A stretch of DNA of 64,000 nucleotides from Macrostomum lignano (lineage: Eukaryota): contig NIVC01000293.1 of NCBI GenBank assembly GCA_002269645.1, forward strand, positions 124,001 to 188,000. Direction: 5' to 3'. Shown here in pieces: positions 24,912 through 36,956 of the stretch. A program made the position numbers and the translations under genes. The notes below the pieces were generated by a model, which was not told the origin of the DNA, ran no database searches, and worked only from the letters and a program-made list of their open reading frames with translations. Position 1 is the stretch's first letter; every line of letters begins with the position of its first letter.

Positions 24912-25309
24912 TATCACACCCGCCTTATAAAGTGTTCGATGGAAAATAAAGTCCGAGGATGCGTTTTCATCAGGCCAAGGCTTCACCATTCTACGAGTAC
25001 TTTCTACCATAGAACATTTTATGTGCAGGTGATGAAATTAATTCTCCAGTTTTTATATCGAGGGTGTAGAGACAGGGCTATAAATAATATTTTTCTTATC
25101 TTCGCCATAGAAAAAATCTCTAGAGAACTTATAATGGGTACATATAGATTAAGCTGTTTATTAGACCAACTAGGACAGGAGACAAAGAGATGGATTTGCC
25201 TGAACTTGGATTTAAGTTGATCGATGCTTTGTTTGCATCCACCACTACTGCATCTACGATTACAGTTATTCTAGCTGTTGCTGACTCTGACGACACTGTT
25301 CGGGCATCA

Positions 25310-25985
25310 GCATCTAGACGTTTTGCAGTCGTGTCTTTTGACGACATCCTACGAAAGTTAAATGCTTCTATTCCCGACACGCAAGACGCAAAAAGGAACT
25401 GGCGCTCAATCTATTCAACCGATGACGAGACGAGGGACAAACAAGCATTCCCTCTGATGAGAGGAATGACCTGATGGTGACAAAGCCTATGAAGAATTGG
25501 AGGTCCTGGAGGCTGGAATTTTTTTGTTAAGTCTTCGTCTTTGAAGTTCGTAAGAAAGACGGCAGCCAAAACAACGTTTCAACACTGAAGGACTGTGTTT
25601 GCAATGCTTCAACACCACTGCGCATCAGCTGAAAATAAATGTTTCGTTATGGAAGGACCCGCAATTTGTGAAGACAAGACGGACCTAGGATTGCTTCCAT
25701 GAAGACCGTCTGCGAAGGAAACATACCCGGAATGCATGCCAGCGAGCCTATCCCAGCTGCTTTGGAACACGAATTGTGGCAACGAGGACAGTTAGGGACT
25801 GAAAATCCAAAATAGCTTTTGAACACGCTAGTGTTTACATTGGCAAGTGCTTCGCCCTCCGGTTTGTACAGCTTACACTACGATAAAGACATTGTAGTTG
25901 AAATTGACGCGAATGGAGAAGCGCTCGTTTTCAAGGGAAACAAATTCAACAAGACTAATAATCGAGGAATGAAGGCTAAGAAAAG
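25310..25985 (+). pseudogene. Decayed Crypton-type (DUF3504-like) tyrosine recombinase fragment
   Basis: Across frameshifts and stops: IPD(N)TRRKKELALNLFNR*R, FVFEVRKKDGS, EPIPAALEHELWQRGQLGTENPK*LLNTLVF, GKCFALR, LVFKGNKFNKTNNRG. These match the motif order of CryptonA/ZMYM/KCTD1-type DUF3504 proteins. Confidence 0.75.
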
Positions 25986-26469
25986 CTTTCCACCACGAGA
26001 AAGCTTTTCTAAAGGCTTTATTCCAAAGGCTTTATTTGGCTGTATTCTTGTTACTTGTAGAGAACAGAGATTCTATCCAGATGTCCCCCATCGTGGGGCG
26101 AAGATTGCTAGTCTCGTACTAATATGCTAAATTCTAAATGCTAAGCGCTAATGAAGCTGCGCTATGGACCAGATATAATTAAGTAACAAATTAACTACTT
26201 TTTTAAATTCAACTACAAGACTGCTTAATGCATAAAATTTTAAGTTCATCAAGTACGAGCGTAAATATTTTAAAGTATTGGCGTTTATAGCGACGTCTTG
26301 AAAATTAGATTTTTCTAGTCATTAAGTCAGTGCCAATAAATAATTTATTACTTTAAATGAAAAGTAACTAGTTAGTATAAAAAGAGTATAACGATTGAAA
26401 TAACACACCTAAGTATGGAGAGAATGCACCAAAAATATGCACAATATAGTACATGATTATTGCTTTGAA

Positions 26470-26568
26470 CTCGCTCCAAAATTTGCCGAGAACGGATGAA
26501 GGCTCTGTGCAACGCGTCATGGTGCACGTCTGTGCATCGGATTCTGCATCGACGCTTTTATTTGCCAT
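26470..26568 (-). pseudogene. Array family copy A4, 5' stub
   Basis: MANKSVDAESDAQTCTMTRCTEPSSVLGKFWS then abrupt loss of similarity; the upstream acceptor and flank are retained. Confidence 0.85.
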
Positions 26569-27819
26569 AGCTGAAAAGAGAAAATATTAGCTAGTAAATA
26601 CACGAGTAATACCAAAAGTATATATTAATTCGTACTAAATGCTAATTGCTACTAAAGCTGTCATAGGACTGATCGTTTATAAAAAGCGAATTTTATATAT
26701 ATGCAATAATGGCTTGCTACCATACCATGCTGTACTGCATCGAAACTTCTCATTGTTCAGTGCCTTAGGTTGGTATTGAGGTTGTACATAGTTTTGCGTC
26801 TAAAGCAAAAAAATTAGTCATGATTTGATGGAAATCATTGATTTTGTGTTAAGACGTTTAAGCTCCTCAGGAAGGGCTCGGTATTTCACTAAAATCCAGA
26901 AAAAGTTTTAACAAATTAGATGCTTATAAATGGAAAATATAAAAAATTTAGGAAGTCATTATCGGACAGTTCTATTTTTGTATAATCATGATAATAAGCA
27001 TAAAAAGTGAAAATCAGTTACCTAGTAGCTACCCAGAGCTGAGATACAAAATAATATGCTTATAATTATTCGAATAACTAAAAACTGGCGTCAAAAACAT
27101 TTGAAAAATGAGAAACTTTATTTGTGACGCAATCCGCCAGTTTATGTTGTGGTTTAGAAAAACCAACTTAAAAAACTTCGGCAAAAATTATAGTAAGTAA
27201 CATAAAATAACAAAAAGATACATGCGGTGAATACGATCGAAAGGCAACATTTTTTATGACAAATATACAAGCTAGACTGGGGAATCATAACTTTCGAGTA
27301 CTGGAACAAAAAAACAACAAAAATTAGGCTAGCTAAAAAAATTACGAGCGCGTAATTTTAATCCTATATACTAAAAATCGGTGCTAAATTTCAGCCCTGG
27401 ATATTACAAATTTACGCTCGTAGGGTAAGCGAGATTTCAGTAATATGAATTTTATGAGATCATAAATTTGACATCGGTAAGTCAGGCGATTTTACAAGTT
27501 GAAAAGTTATGGAGTGTAAAGGCAACAACCTTTAGACAAAAAAGGTACCTACTTGCATTGTTTAGGAATCTAACGAAACTTTCCCCATGACTTATCACTT
27601 AGTTGAGTACTTTAACAGGTCTTTATTGAGAGATATGAAATTGACAAAAATTACAAGTTATATGGCTCAAAACTCTGGGTTTACTCGTACTGCTCAAAAG
27701 TAGCCAATAACTATTACAATTATTTTTTATAAAAAAATAACTATGGAAAAAATAACTAAAATAACATAAAGATGTGAAGACTTCTAGAACAAAGCTATAT
27801 ATTTATGCATATCTATACG

Positions 27820-28175
27820 CCCTAGAGGGGGCCGTAGCCCAGCGGCTCTGGTGTGCCAGCGACCCAGGCTCGATTCCAAGTCACATTAATTTGGGGCTGA
27901 ATTGGAATTTCGGCTGGACTCGCTCGTACAATTAACGGCCTTGACTCCCTTGAGAGCCAACCCCCCAATGCGCAGTGAAGTGTACATGCCTAACGATAAA
28001 ATAAAGTTAGGGCCGCTGTACACTCCTGTGTGAGTGTGTGCCTGCGTACGTATCCGCGCGCTTGTATGCCTGCTCAGGGGAGTCGGCGGAATGGGCAGCA
28101 ATGCCTCTCGCCGGTTGTGTGACAATGTCGCTTAAAGTGCGCCAGGGTGCACACAACCCTGCCTCTAATAAAAAA
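27820..28175 (+). mobile_element. tRNA-derived SINE (family 1)
   Basis: Head GGCCGTAGCCCAGCGG...CCAGGCTCGATTCC, tail CTAATAAAAAAA, TSD ATCTATACG at 27811-27819 and 28176-28184. Empty site gcatatctatacgcttg at ~7281-7297. Confidence 0.88.
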
Positions 28176-28537
28176 ATCTATACGGCCGTATAGAAAACGA
28201 TTCTAGACAACTGGGTACTTAAAACATTGGCATAAACATAAAAAAGTTTCCGACAGTAGTAAAGTAGAAAATTTCCCGGAAAATTTCGGGAATGACAACA
28301 CCATGCACATTGCTAGTATAAAAGTACGTTTCACATTCGTAACACTAAGATGGCAGCGGACATTGGGTTAGCTGATTTATCGTAAATAAGAGCGGGAAAC
28401 AAAAATACGATTGTACATATTAAAAAACCCAAACACCAATCGTCTTCTTGTTTTAAATTGGACAGCACAATTTAAAAAAGCAAATTAGCGCTATACAGAA
28501 AGGCTAGCTACAATGAGATGGAATCTAATTTTTATAC

Positions 28538-28967
28538 CAGGGTTTTTTACCACAATTAGTACCCCATGAGGTATTAGTCAACTGATTTGGGGTACTATTT
28601 TGCCCATTAATCCCCAGAAAAGGGTACTAATTTTTATCGAGTTCAATTGAAAAAAGTTAAGCTTTTTTTAAATTAGCAATTTAATTAAAATTCTGGCTGG
28701 CCCGGTATGGGTCTTGTATATCCAGGCACTTGTGTGGTGAGTCAGACTGTCAGGCTAAAAGGAAGAGAGGGTTGGAAACTTGGAATATATTTGTCAGTCT
28801 CGCTCAACCCAACTCTCAGCCCCTAGGACTGGCTCAGCCTTTGGGTGGGTGGGCCCAAGGCCCTGCAGAATTAGAAATTTCGTGGGGTATTACTCCTCCA
28901 AAATGGGGTACTACTTAGAGGCTTGATACCCCAATTCGGGTACTAATCAGCAGTGAAAAAAGCACTG
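28538..28967. mobile_element. 430-bp hAT-type MITE
   Basis: Ends CAGGGTTTTTT / CAGTGCTTTTTT (reverse complement); TSD TTTTATAC / GTTTATAC; repeated GGGTACTA subterminal motifs. Empty site ggtttatactc at ~7657-7667. Confidence 0.8.
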
Positions 28968-29411
28968 GTTTATACTAAGTAGTATAAGCTTTATACTCAT
29001 GCACAGTCAGTAAAGTGGCCAAGGTCATGAGGGACTTAGAGTCCTGACAGGGTCCTGACAGAAAAGCTGATAGGAACATGACTTTCGAATAGTCAGTGAA
29101 CAACGCAAGTTTTTATAAGCTTATAGAAACACTGGAGTTGTATGGACTATAGAAATTCCTATTAATTTTATTTATCCCGCCATTCAGCTACGAGTATACC
29201 GACTGTCTCAACACAAAGCAAAGACGTCAAACTAGAAATGTATTATGACACTCCCTATCATGTAATAAGTTCAAAACTCGGTAGCTCAGTTTTAAAAACT
29301 CACTTTAAAGTTTGAGTCTTAGTAGAGCTGAGTGACTTCGTTAACAGGGAAAAGATGTGCTGTATTGAATAGAAAGATATACTTCTAAATAAATCGGTTT
29401 CGGTTATAGCA

Positions 29412-30935
29412 CTAGCAGATAGACACTCGCACTAAAACGCGATCGTTGCACGACAAGCTGCATATCAGCAGAAAGGAGCTCGAAGATTCTCGGCTGGCGC
29501 CACAGCAGCTAATTGACTGCAGAACATACGATACACCACAGTTAGCACACGTCTTGAGATAGTTTACGCCTAGTGGCACCAGATCAATCACTTTAATCAG
29601 TTGTCTGTTGCTGCTAAGAAGTGCAACGCGGCCATTATTTTCGCAGGCAGCCAGAAATCCAGATCCAATGTCTGCAACGCACAGCACATTTTGACTATTG
29701 CTCTGCCAGACTTTTACGCATCTTTTCGTGCTGAGACTCATTCGATACACTGCTGACTGGGTGGCCAGTATTAAACTACGACCAGAAACTGTCATATGAC
29801 GAACATTCGCAGTGTCTTTCGAGAGTTTCATGCTATCCTGAAGTTCGCAAGTGTCCAGCGACAGGCAGTTTATGCAGCCATCACCGAGAATGTACAGCTT
29901 CTCCATATCGTTGACTATGATCGGCATTTCAGCTTGAAACTGGACATTGTCAATAGTTCGAAGCTGTGTACCAGCTAGGTCCGTCACAATCAAAGAATTG
30001 TTATTACCAAGCATATAGATTTGCTGCTGGTGATGCACAAGAGCTGCAGACACTAATACAACATTGTTCGATGGCTGATTTCTTTGGCTAAGTACCACGA
30101 GTTCGTTGCTATAGAAAGCGATATGCCAGTTCGCACCATAGTTACCTACTGCAAGTACGCAGGAGCTTGGCAAAGCCTGAAAGCCATTCTGTTGCGTCTT
30201 GGAAACCAGCTGAGCGGAGTAAAAAAATCCATCCGTACGATTGCAGTTGAAAACGAATTGGATGTAGTTTGTAAGAAGAACATTGGCAGTTGGCACAGCT
30301 GACTCCAGCAAAGATCGCATTGCTGCCCCGTCTGCATCCTCGGCAATTGCAGCTCGAGTCTTTGTCTCCTGCAGCAGCTTCTGGACCAGTTCAACGCTGC
30401 TGTCAACTGGATCAGTCCAAGCATCGGAAATGGGAGCATCCTCAAGTGCGAGTTGCATCTTCTTGCTCAACTGGAAACTTTTAACAAGATCGCCAGACAT
30501 TTCAGTCCCGTTGATATCTGCTCGAAGCTTTTCAAAGAAGTGCAACGACTTCAGACTGGCGTCCATGCTGTCGATCTTGGCGTCCAGCCTGCCAATGACG
30601 GTACTGCGGCAGCGCTGGACAATCTCGAGAATCTCTTCAAACATGTCTGACGCATTGGCTCGGTCGCTGGTCAGCTCGAACAGAGCGCCGCGCGTCAAGT
30701 CCATCTGCTCGGCAACGCGGCGCATTGCACCATCGATGTTCGCCTGACGATAAGAGTAGTAGCTCTCTCGGAATCGATCGGCGTCTCGCTTCAGATGGGC
30801 GGCGCACAAGGGCCCGTCCCAGTGGCTGCCCTGACCAGCAGCGTCTTGGCCACAGTTAGGCAGACTGCAAACATCGTGCTGCTGCTTGTTGTCGCCTTGC
30901 TGCTTTCCTGACGTTGCTTTTTTGGCAGAAGACAT
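29412..30935 (-). CDS. Array family copy B2, intact divergent paralog, 507 aa
   Basis: Uninterrupted ORF. Shares C-x4-C-x15-C-x2-H, ALFELTSDRA, LEDAPIS..DPVD, QNGFQALPS, LIVTDLAGTQLR, DMEKLYIL and the terminal RVSI with the A copies. Confidence 0.92.
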   Translation of the reverse strand: MSSAKKATSGKQQGDNKQQHDVCSLPNCGQDAAGQGSHWDGPLCAAHLKRDADRFRESYYSYRQANIDGAMRRVAEQMDLTRGALFELTSDRANASDMFEEILEIVQRCRSTVIGRLDAKIDSMDASLKSLHFFEKLRADINGTEMSGDLVKSFQLSKKMQLALEDAPISDAWTDPVDSSVELVQKLLQETKTRAAIAEDADGAAMRSLLESAVPTANVLLTNYIQFVFNCNRTDGFFYSAQLVSKTQQNGFQALPSSCVLAVGNYGANWHIAFYSNELVVLSQRNQPSNNVVLVSAALVHHQQQIYMLGNNNSLIVTDLAGTQLRTIDNVQFQAEMPIIVNDMEKLYILGDGCINCLSLDTCELQDSMKLSKDTANVRHMTVSGRSLILATQSAVYRMSLSTKRCVKVWQSNSQNVLCVADIGSGFLAACENNGRVALLSSNRQLIKVIDLVPLGVNYLKTCANCGVSYVLQSISCCGASRESSSSFLLICSLSCNDRVLVRVSIC

Positions 30936-31607
30936 TGTTTTCGGCTCGTAATCTTAAAAAGAAATGTTTATAGTATTTCTAATATTAATAAAGCGACTCT
31001 GAAGAAAAGATATTAACTCTGAGTTGCTGTGAAAACACAGGGTGGAAGTAAGGACTACTCAAGTAGGACGGGAAACTAAGTTTCTTGGAAAAATAGATTC
31101 AAAAAACTCATGAGCCGAGCCGTGCCATTTTTATGGTTTTTTAGACACAGCACATGTACTATTCATGAATCCTAATTTTATAAACAAAAATCTCTATAAA
31201 TATCAATAGAGATATAAGAAAGGCAAGGCATATAAAGATAAACATTAGATTTGCCTCTTATCAAAAGCAATAACAATTTTTGTGCTGAAAAATGAAACCT
31301 ACTATCTCCGTAATGTATTTTTTCGGATAAACATGCGTCAAAAAATTTCCTGAAAGCGTGGTTTCCCGTTCTGGGTGGGAGTTGCGGCCTCCACAAACAG
31401 TGAACAAGCATTTCAAAATCTACAAAACAGATGCAGCCGTTGCCACAAGGGGAGTGCCGATGAGATACCCAGGCCAAAGGAGAAATTACTGAGATGTCAA
31501 TGCTCAGGGAATTGTTAAGATGTCATATTTAATTACAAAAATGCATAGGCTGTTCTGCCTATACTTTTCTGCTTTAAACACATCAATTTTTAATAAGAAA
31601 ATTACAG

Positions 31608-31916
31608 GGGGTTGTAGCCTAGTGGTCAGAGCGTCGGACTCACGACTTGAAGGTCTGGGGTTCGATTCCCGATCCCACAGGAACAATTTGCGTCCTGGAG
31701 CAAGACACTTAACTCTGCATTGCTTCAGTTCACCCAGCTGTAAAATGGGTGCCAGCATTAGCTGGGGTAATTGAGGCTGTGTGTGTGGCGACCCCCCCCC
31801 CCAGTCCTTGGACTGAACAGCCGTACGCAGCCTTCAGATGCACCGCGCAATAGCTGCGGCTGAGCTGTGCCATTGGGGCAGGTGCAATCCAGCTCGTATT
31901 ATTACTATGATTTATT
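31608..31916 (+). mobile_element. tRNA-derived SINE with CORE/Deu-like central domain (family 2)
   Basis: A box TAGCCTAGTGG, B box GGTTCGATTCC, central GCAAGACACTTAACTCT...CACCCAGCTGTAAAATGGG, (ATT)n-like tail, possible TSD ATTACAG. Confidence 0.85.
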
Positions 31917-32406
31917 ATTACAGTTGCAAGTTGCAGGGCTTTCTAGAAAAATCCTATTACTTACTTTTTTGCCTATACAATGAAGCCTGGAGTCAAAAAG
32001 CCATCATAGACTTTCACTAAAAAATCTAAATGATTTTAAATTAAAGAAAATAAAGTAAAACCAAAGCTCCAAAGCTACGACAACTATTGATGTTTAACAA
32101 CTACCAGTTTATTATCATTATATACACATGCACAACACAAAAGACAAGGGAAAAACGCAAAATTGATATCAAATGCAAAGAAATAAATACGAAATCTAAG
32201 CAGACAAAAGTTGAATATTAAATGATTAAAGTTTCAGGACATTTAATCCTCAGTTACTTACCAACAGCAGATTTTTCATATTAATAGATTATTATACACC
32301 ACAGTTTTCCAAAATCACATTACACTCGTATCAGCGTATAAGAACATTTCAGTCATTCAACACACAAGACACATTTCTACGGTAACTAACTACTCGAACT
32401 AGCATC

Positions 32407-35400
32407 CTAGGTATCCTCTACAGCAGCGCCAGCCAGCGGCATCTCCTGGCGTCTCCGCTTGAGCAGACTTCGCCGCAGGCGGGCCTCTCGTTTCTCCAAC
32501 TCTTTGCGTCGACGTTCCTCGCGAAGTCGTCGAAATAATTCCGACAACAGTCGGATGCTCTCCAGCTTGCGTTGAGCGGCCACAATGCGACGCTCCTCGG
32601 CGGCAATTCGCGCCGCCAGAGCCGCCTCCTCGGCTCGACGTTGCCTCTCGGCAGCGCGCTCAGCGGCGCGCTCCAAACGGCGCCGTTCCCGATCGCGCCG
32701 ACGACGCTCAAGTTCGGCGGCCGCCTCGGCCCGACGTCGGGCGGCTTCTCGACGACGAATGGAGCGAAGGGAGAGGCGGCCGGTTCGGTCGAAGTCGAGA
32801 GTTGGCAGAACCGACAGCGCCGCGGGGGCGGATGACGAACCGTCGGACTGCGTTATTATAAATAAATTATAAAACACATTAATTCGTTAAGGTTACATCA
32901 AACAAACTATGTAACCTTAGATCCTAAAACTAAAAAGATGCCTAAAAGGTTTAAAATGCCGCCACGTGCAACTGACTATTGAAATGAAAATGAAAATTGA
33001 CCAGGTTTTCGTGTTATTTACACACAAGAGCCAGCATCCCCCCACAAGTGTGACGATTTGAAAGTCAAAGTCAAAGTGCCGCTTTATACCATTGTATGAG
33101 TACGTGTCTGTTATCCACATATTGACGTATTTCACACTTGTATACCCGATCCCGATGAAAACGGTACCTATAGGCCAAGAAGCCGTTTGAGAGTCGTTGA
33201 AGGTAACACAGGTATAAAATAGGAATAGGACTTGAGACGACTCTATACAGACGATATGTCACGGTACAAGTCGCCAAAAAGTCGTCAAAGTGTCAATTTC
33301 AGGCTTTGCTTTTCTTGTCTGCGACTCGGAAACGACTCTGCAAGAGATAACAATAGGGCGCTTCTACAATGACTTTGGGGCCGTAGAATTGTATCCAAAG
33401 CGTGCAAGAGTCGCTGAGTTGCGTCCGACGTGCATATGTGCAGCTGTATGAAATAAACGTATTTCGCATTGATATTTATAACAACTCTATTTAGTCTACT
33501 TAAGTTAAGTAGACAGTTAAGCGCTATACACAACGACTCTTAACAGCTTTTTTTGTAACTCTAAAGATTTTGCAGTTCACATCATGCATTCAGGACTCAA
33601 CAGTTGCCTCTCTGTCGCATTGCAGTCGCTTGAGTCTTTAAAGAGTCGCATTAGAGTCACTACAGTCATTAGTGAGGTGTGTGCAATGGCTCTAGCGATT
33701 CTTGCATACATGCGCAACTGCTGGCCGACCTGGCCGATCTGGCCATTGTAAATTGCGGTGGACCAGGGGTAAGTCACAAAAATGCCCAGCCTAAAAAATA
33801 GACGTAGTACTAATTAGATGACGAAGCATTTAGCCCTTATAAGACAGTCATAGTTACTCCTGCCGTTTACCCGAAATTGCGTTAGGTTTCTTTTACAGGT
33901 AACTTGGTAAGTCGCATGGCCAGTGTAAATCAGGGGGGTTGCGCATGTATGGATTCTTGTCACGGTAACGTTGTTCTGTATGCTTTGCAGGCTTAAGAGA
34001 CAATCTTTGCTTTTAACTTAGTAATTCGCTTCAACAAGCAAAAGCTGAGGACACGACCCCAGCCTCAGTAATGATAAGTAAACCTGTACCATCTAAATCA
34101 TTATTACTCAATGCGAAAGACAAAAGAATAATGTATAAATCCTTGTTTCAACCAAGCAAATATCTTCCTGGCTCGAACATTTGCCTCTTTCACTCTCGCT
34201 ATTCTTTGATTCGAATAGATTGTCCGAACCTAACTAAACCACCCAGATTAAAAAAATAGATACTTCAAACCCCATGAAAGGATAACCGATCCTCTCCTTA
34301 GAACAGATCAAACTATCGGTTCACCCCAAACAACAGAAACTTATAACAAACTTAAGCTAATTGAAACTTCGTACTTGGAATATCATAAATATAATCTTGT
34401 GATTGCATCATCAGAACAAGGGACACAGTAGTGAGAATGTCCAGAAGACCAAGGAAGGAAACCCAAACATAACATAACAAAATATTTCGCTACTCAGAAA
34501 AGCCCTCACCGAACCGAGCTGTGCCGGCATCAGCAGCAGCAGCAGTTTGGCACCACGAAGCGCGGTCATGCACCGCTCGAATCCGGCGCAATCGACAAAC
34601 TGGACGAAAGCTTCGAACCGGCCCAGAGGACCCGGAGCAGCGGCAGCAGTAGAAGCAGCAGAAGCAACAGAAGCCGAACCAGATTCCGAATTCAACAATG
34701 GAATATCAATTCGTCGAACAGCGCCAAACGATTCGAAAGCCGATCGAACAGCCGATTCAGTTGGCAGATCGACTGAAGCACCACTCGGCTCAGCAATTTG
34801 TTGCGATTGACCTGCTGAGAGGCCTGGGACATCGTCTGAGAACCATGAGCAGGGCAATTGGCCAATACGAACTGTGTCCGGTCGTTCGCCTGGCTCCATG
34901 GCGTCCAGACCCTGTTGACGTATTTGGAAAGCAAAGTAAACATTGACCATACTTATATAGTTTATCCTTTGCGAGTTGGGGATGGGAGCTTCAGAAACCT
35001 GAGACCCGAAAAATCACAACATCAAAAGCCACTTACCATCATAAACCAGAAATATCATAACATAGAAAATCATCTTTTGCTAGAATTTTCGGCGCTATGT
35101 TATTTCGGGTTTATGATAACGACCTCTTGCGACAGACGCAGGCACAGTTCACATAATGGCCCTGATCGAATTTTGCATCGTCAAGAATGTACACTTTCTG
35201 TGCTATGGGGGTTGGACCTCATGTGCAAGAATCGCATCAAGCAATATCCACGCCAATGTTTCGTAAGCCTTGAATGGCAGAGAATCGAATCCGGGACATC
35301 TTTGGCGAATTTGACTCGCAATTTACGGTCTCAATGCTACCAAAGCGTTCATAAAAAGGGTTCATCAGAACAGCTCAACTCGGGCGAAGACAAATGACGA

Positions 35401-36956
35401 AATTCAAGGCTTTTATTTTCAAGTTCCTTATTATCTGTAGTTTGTACTCGTATTTTATGAAACATTAATATAATTTCGTGATTGCTTGGGATTCTTAGGT
35501 TGAGGCTTACAAATGTCAAGCGTAAGGACTTTTATACAATGTGACATCCAGCAGGTTTTCACTTTTTTGAATCCTAAATTCAGACCCAGGATACAACAAA
35601 AAGACAGTGTAATTCTGATTCATGAAAAGATCCAGCCGACACAAACTTTGAATCAGAGACCGAGATAAAGGAGCTCAATTGAACGCTTGACTACCGCCTG
35701 GTACGAGATATGGCGATAAGAATTAGCCGAGTTTAAGAGAAAACACATGGAGAGAGAGCTCTACGAAAAAGACACCTAAAGTCGACTGACCGATAAGGCA
35801 GTGGCGCTACAGCGAGTGCTGCTTCTAGACCAGATACGGCTGTATGATACCCAGTCTTGCTGATAATGGCTGAAAGAAAGCCCCAAAGCAATGCGTTTTA
35901 ACTTTTAATCTCTAGGCATAAGGGATCCAAGGGGTCCAGTAACTTTAGCGCTTTATGTTATGGTTAAGTTTGACACCCATGTTTTTTGGCCCATCCTCAC
36001 ATGACAATAATAGGTTGTGGTCAAGTGGTTAGAAGAGCGTCGACTGAAGAAGTCTGAAGAAGACTGAAGAAGAAGAAGTCTCACGATTGAAAGGTCCGAG
36101 GTTCGATTCCCGATCCCACTGGAACAATTTGTGTCCTTGAGCAAGACACTTAACTCTGCATTGCTTCAGTTCACCTAGCTGTAAAATGGGTGCCAGCATT
36201 AGCTGGGGGGTGTGTGTGGCGACCCCCCAGTCCTTGGACTGAACACAGCCGTACGCAGCCTTCAGATGCGCCGCGCAATAGCTGCGGCTGAGCTGTCGGT
36301 TGCAAATCTGCCCATTAGGGCAGGCGTAATCAATTGTTATTATTGATTGTAAAACATTGCAGCGACTCAAAAAGACAAAACTTTTCAAGGGCCTTGACCT
36401 CACAGATTAACGCTGCTTCTCGTCCATATCATAGAAACCCTTTGGAGTCACTTTTGGATTACATTTTCCTATATGAATGGCTATTGCCCACTAAAAATAA
36501 ATTAATTAAAGCCATAATTACATGCCCAAATACTCACCTCCGCGTCCCTAAAGAACGCTTCCCAATCGTATTTGGTAGGGCACGGCGGCTTTAATTGCAC
36601 AGCCCGCACTCTCAAGAAGTCAGAAAATCCGGCCAGTTTAATTCGGCCTCCGTCCAGCTGTTTGACAGCTCCGGCCAGAGCTCGGCGATTGGGCAATTCG
36701 CAGTCGAGTCGAATCACGGACAGACTGGATGTCTGGACGCGCAGATGGCTGAGCTGATGAGGCTTAGCCATCGATCGCAGCTGCTCCATCACCTCCCAGT
36801 TGGAGATAGAGCGGCACTTGTCGGTGAGCTGGGGCAGGTCCACTGCGATGCCTAAACAGGCGGCTGGCTTCAGGCAGAGCCGCAGCTCCGGGCACAGAGG
36901 CACAGCCTCAGTAGCGTCATCGCAACGGGTCACTACGCCAGCGCGGGGCGGTTGAA
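32407..36956 (-). CDS. AKAP17A: A-kinase anchor protein 17A (SFRS17A/XE7) orthologue; exons 36956-36538, 34911-34510, 32847-32407
   Basis: EAVPLCP, RSISNWEVMEQL, IKLAGFSDFLRVRA, DWEAFFRDAE|GLDAMEPGERPDT, IDIPLL, FEAFVQF, ALRGAKL, LDFDRTGRLS plus an R/E-rich coil match known AKAP17A motifs. GT/AG junctions keep the frame. Start codon not certain. Confidence 0.9.
33810..33873 (-). other. Dispersed degenerate 28S rRNA fragment (helix 69-71 region) in an AKAP17A intron
   Basis: Reverse complement CGGGTAAACGGCAGGAGTAACTATGACTGTCTTATAAGGGCTAAATGCTTCGTCATCTAATTAGT vs conserved 28S CGGGTAAACGGCGGGAGTAACTATGACTCTCTTAAGGTAGCCAAATGCCTCGTCATCTAATTAGT. Confidence 0.88.
36012..36345 (+). mobile_element. 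SINE family 2, second copy; head interrupted by a GAA-rich repeat
   Basis: Body nearly identical to 31650-31870 (ggttcgattcccgatccca...gcaagacacttaactctgcattgcttcagttcac...). Confidence 0.85.

Noticed and set aside
25446-25468. Hammerhead ribozyme at CTGATGA
   Set aside because: Forms a simple hairpin inside the Crypton-like coding relic; no correctly placed GAAA core.
30283-30747. Plus-strand ORFs overlapping family genes, AKAP17A exons and LINEs (e.g. 5647, 13682, 32585, 34547, 41892-42760)
   Set aside because: Antisense or alternate-frame shadows of real GC-rich coding sequence; no motifs of their own.
31608-31680. tRNA gene
   Set aside because: A and B boxes are present, but the sequence continues into a SINE body shared with 36012-36345 and no clean acceptor stem is seen.
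33810-33873. Functional rRNA gene
   Set aside because: Only ~64 bp, mutated, with no flanking rDNA.
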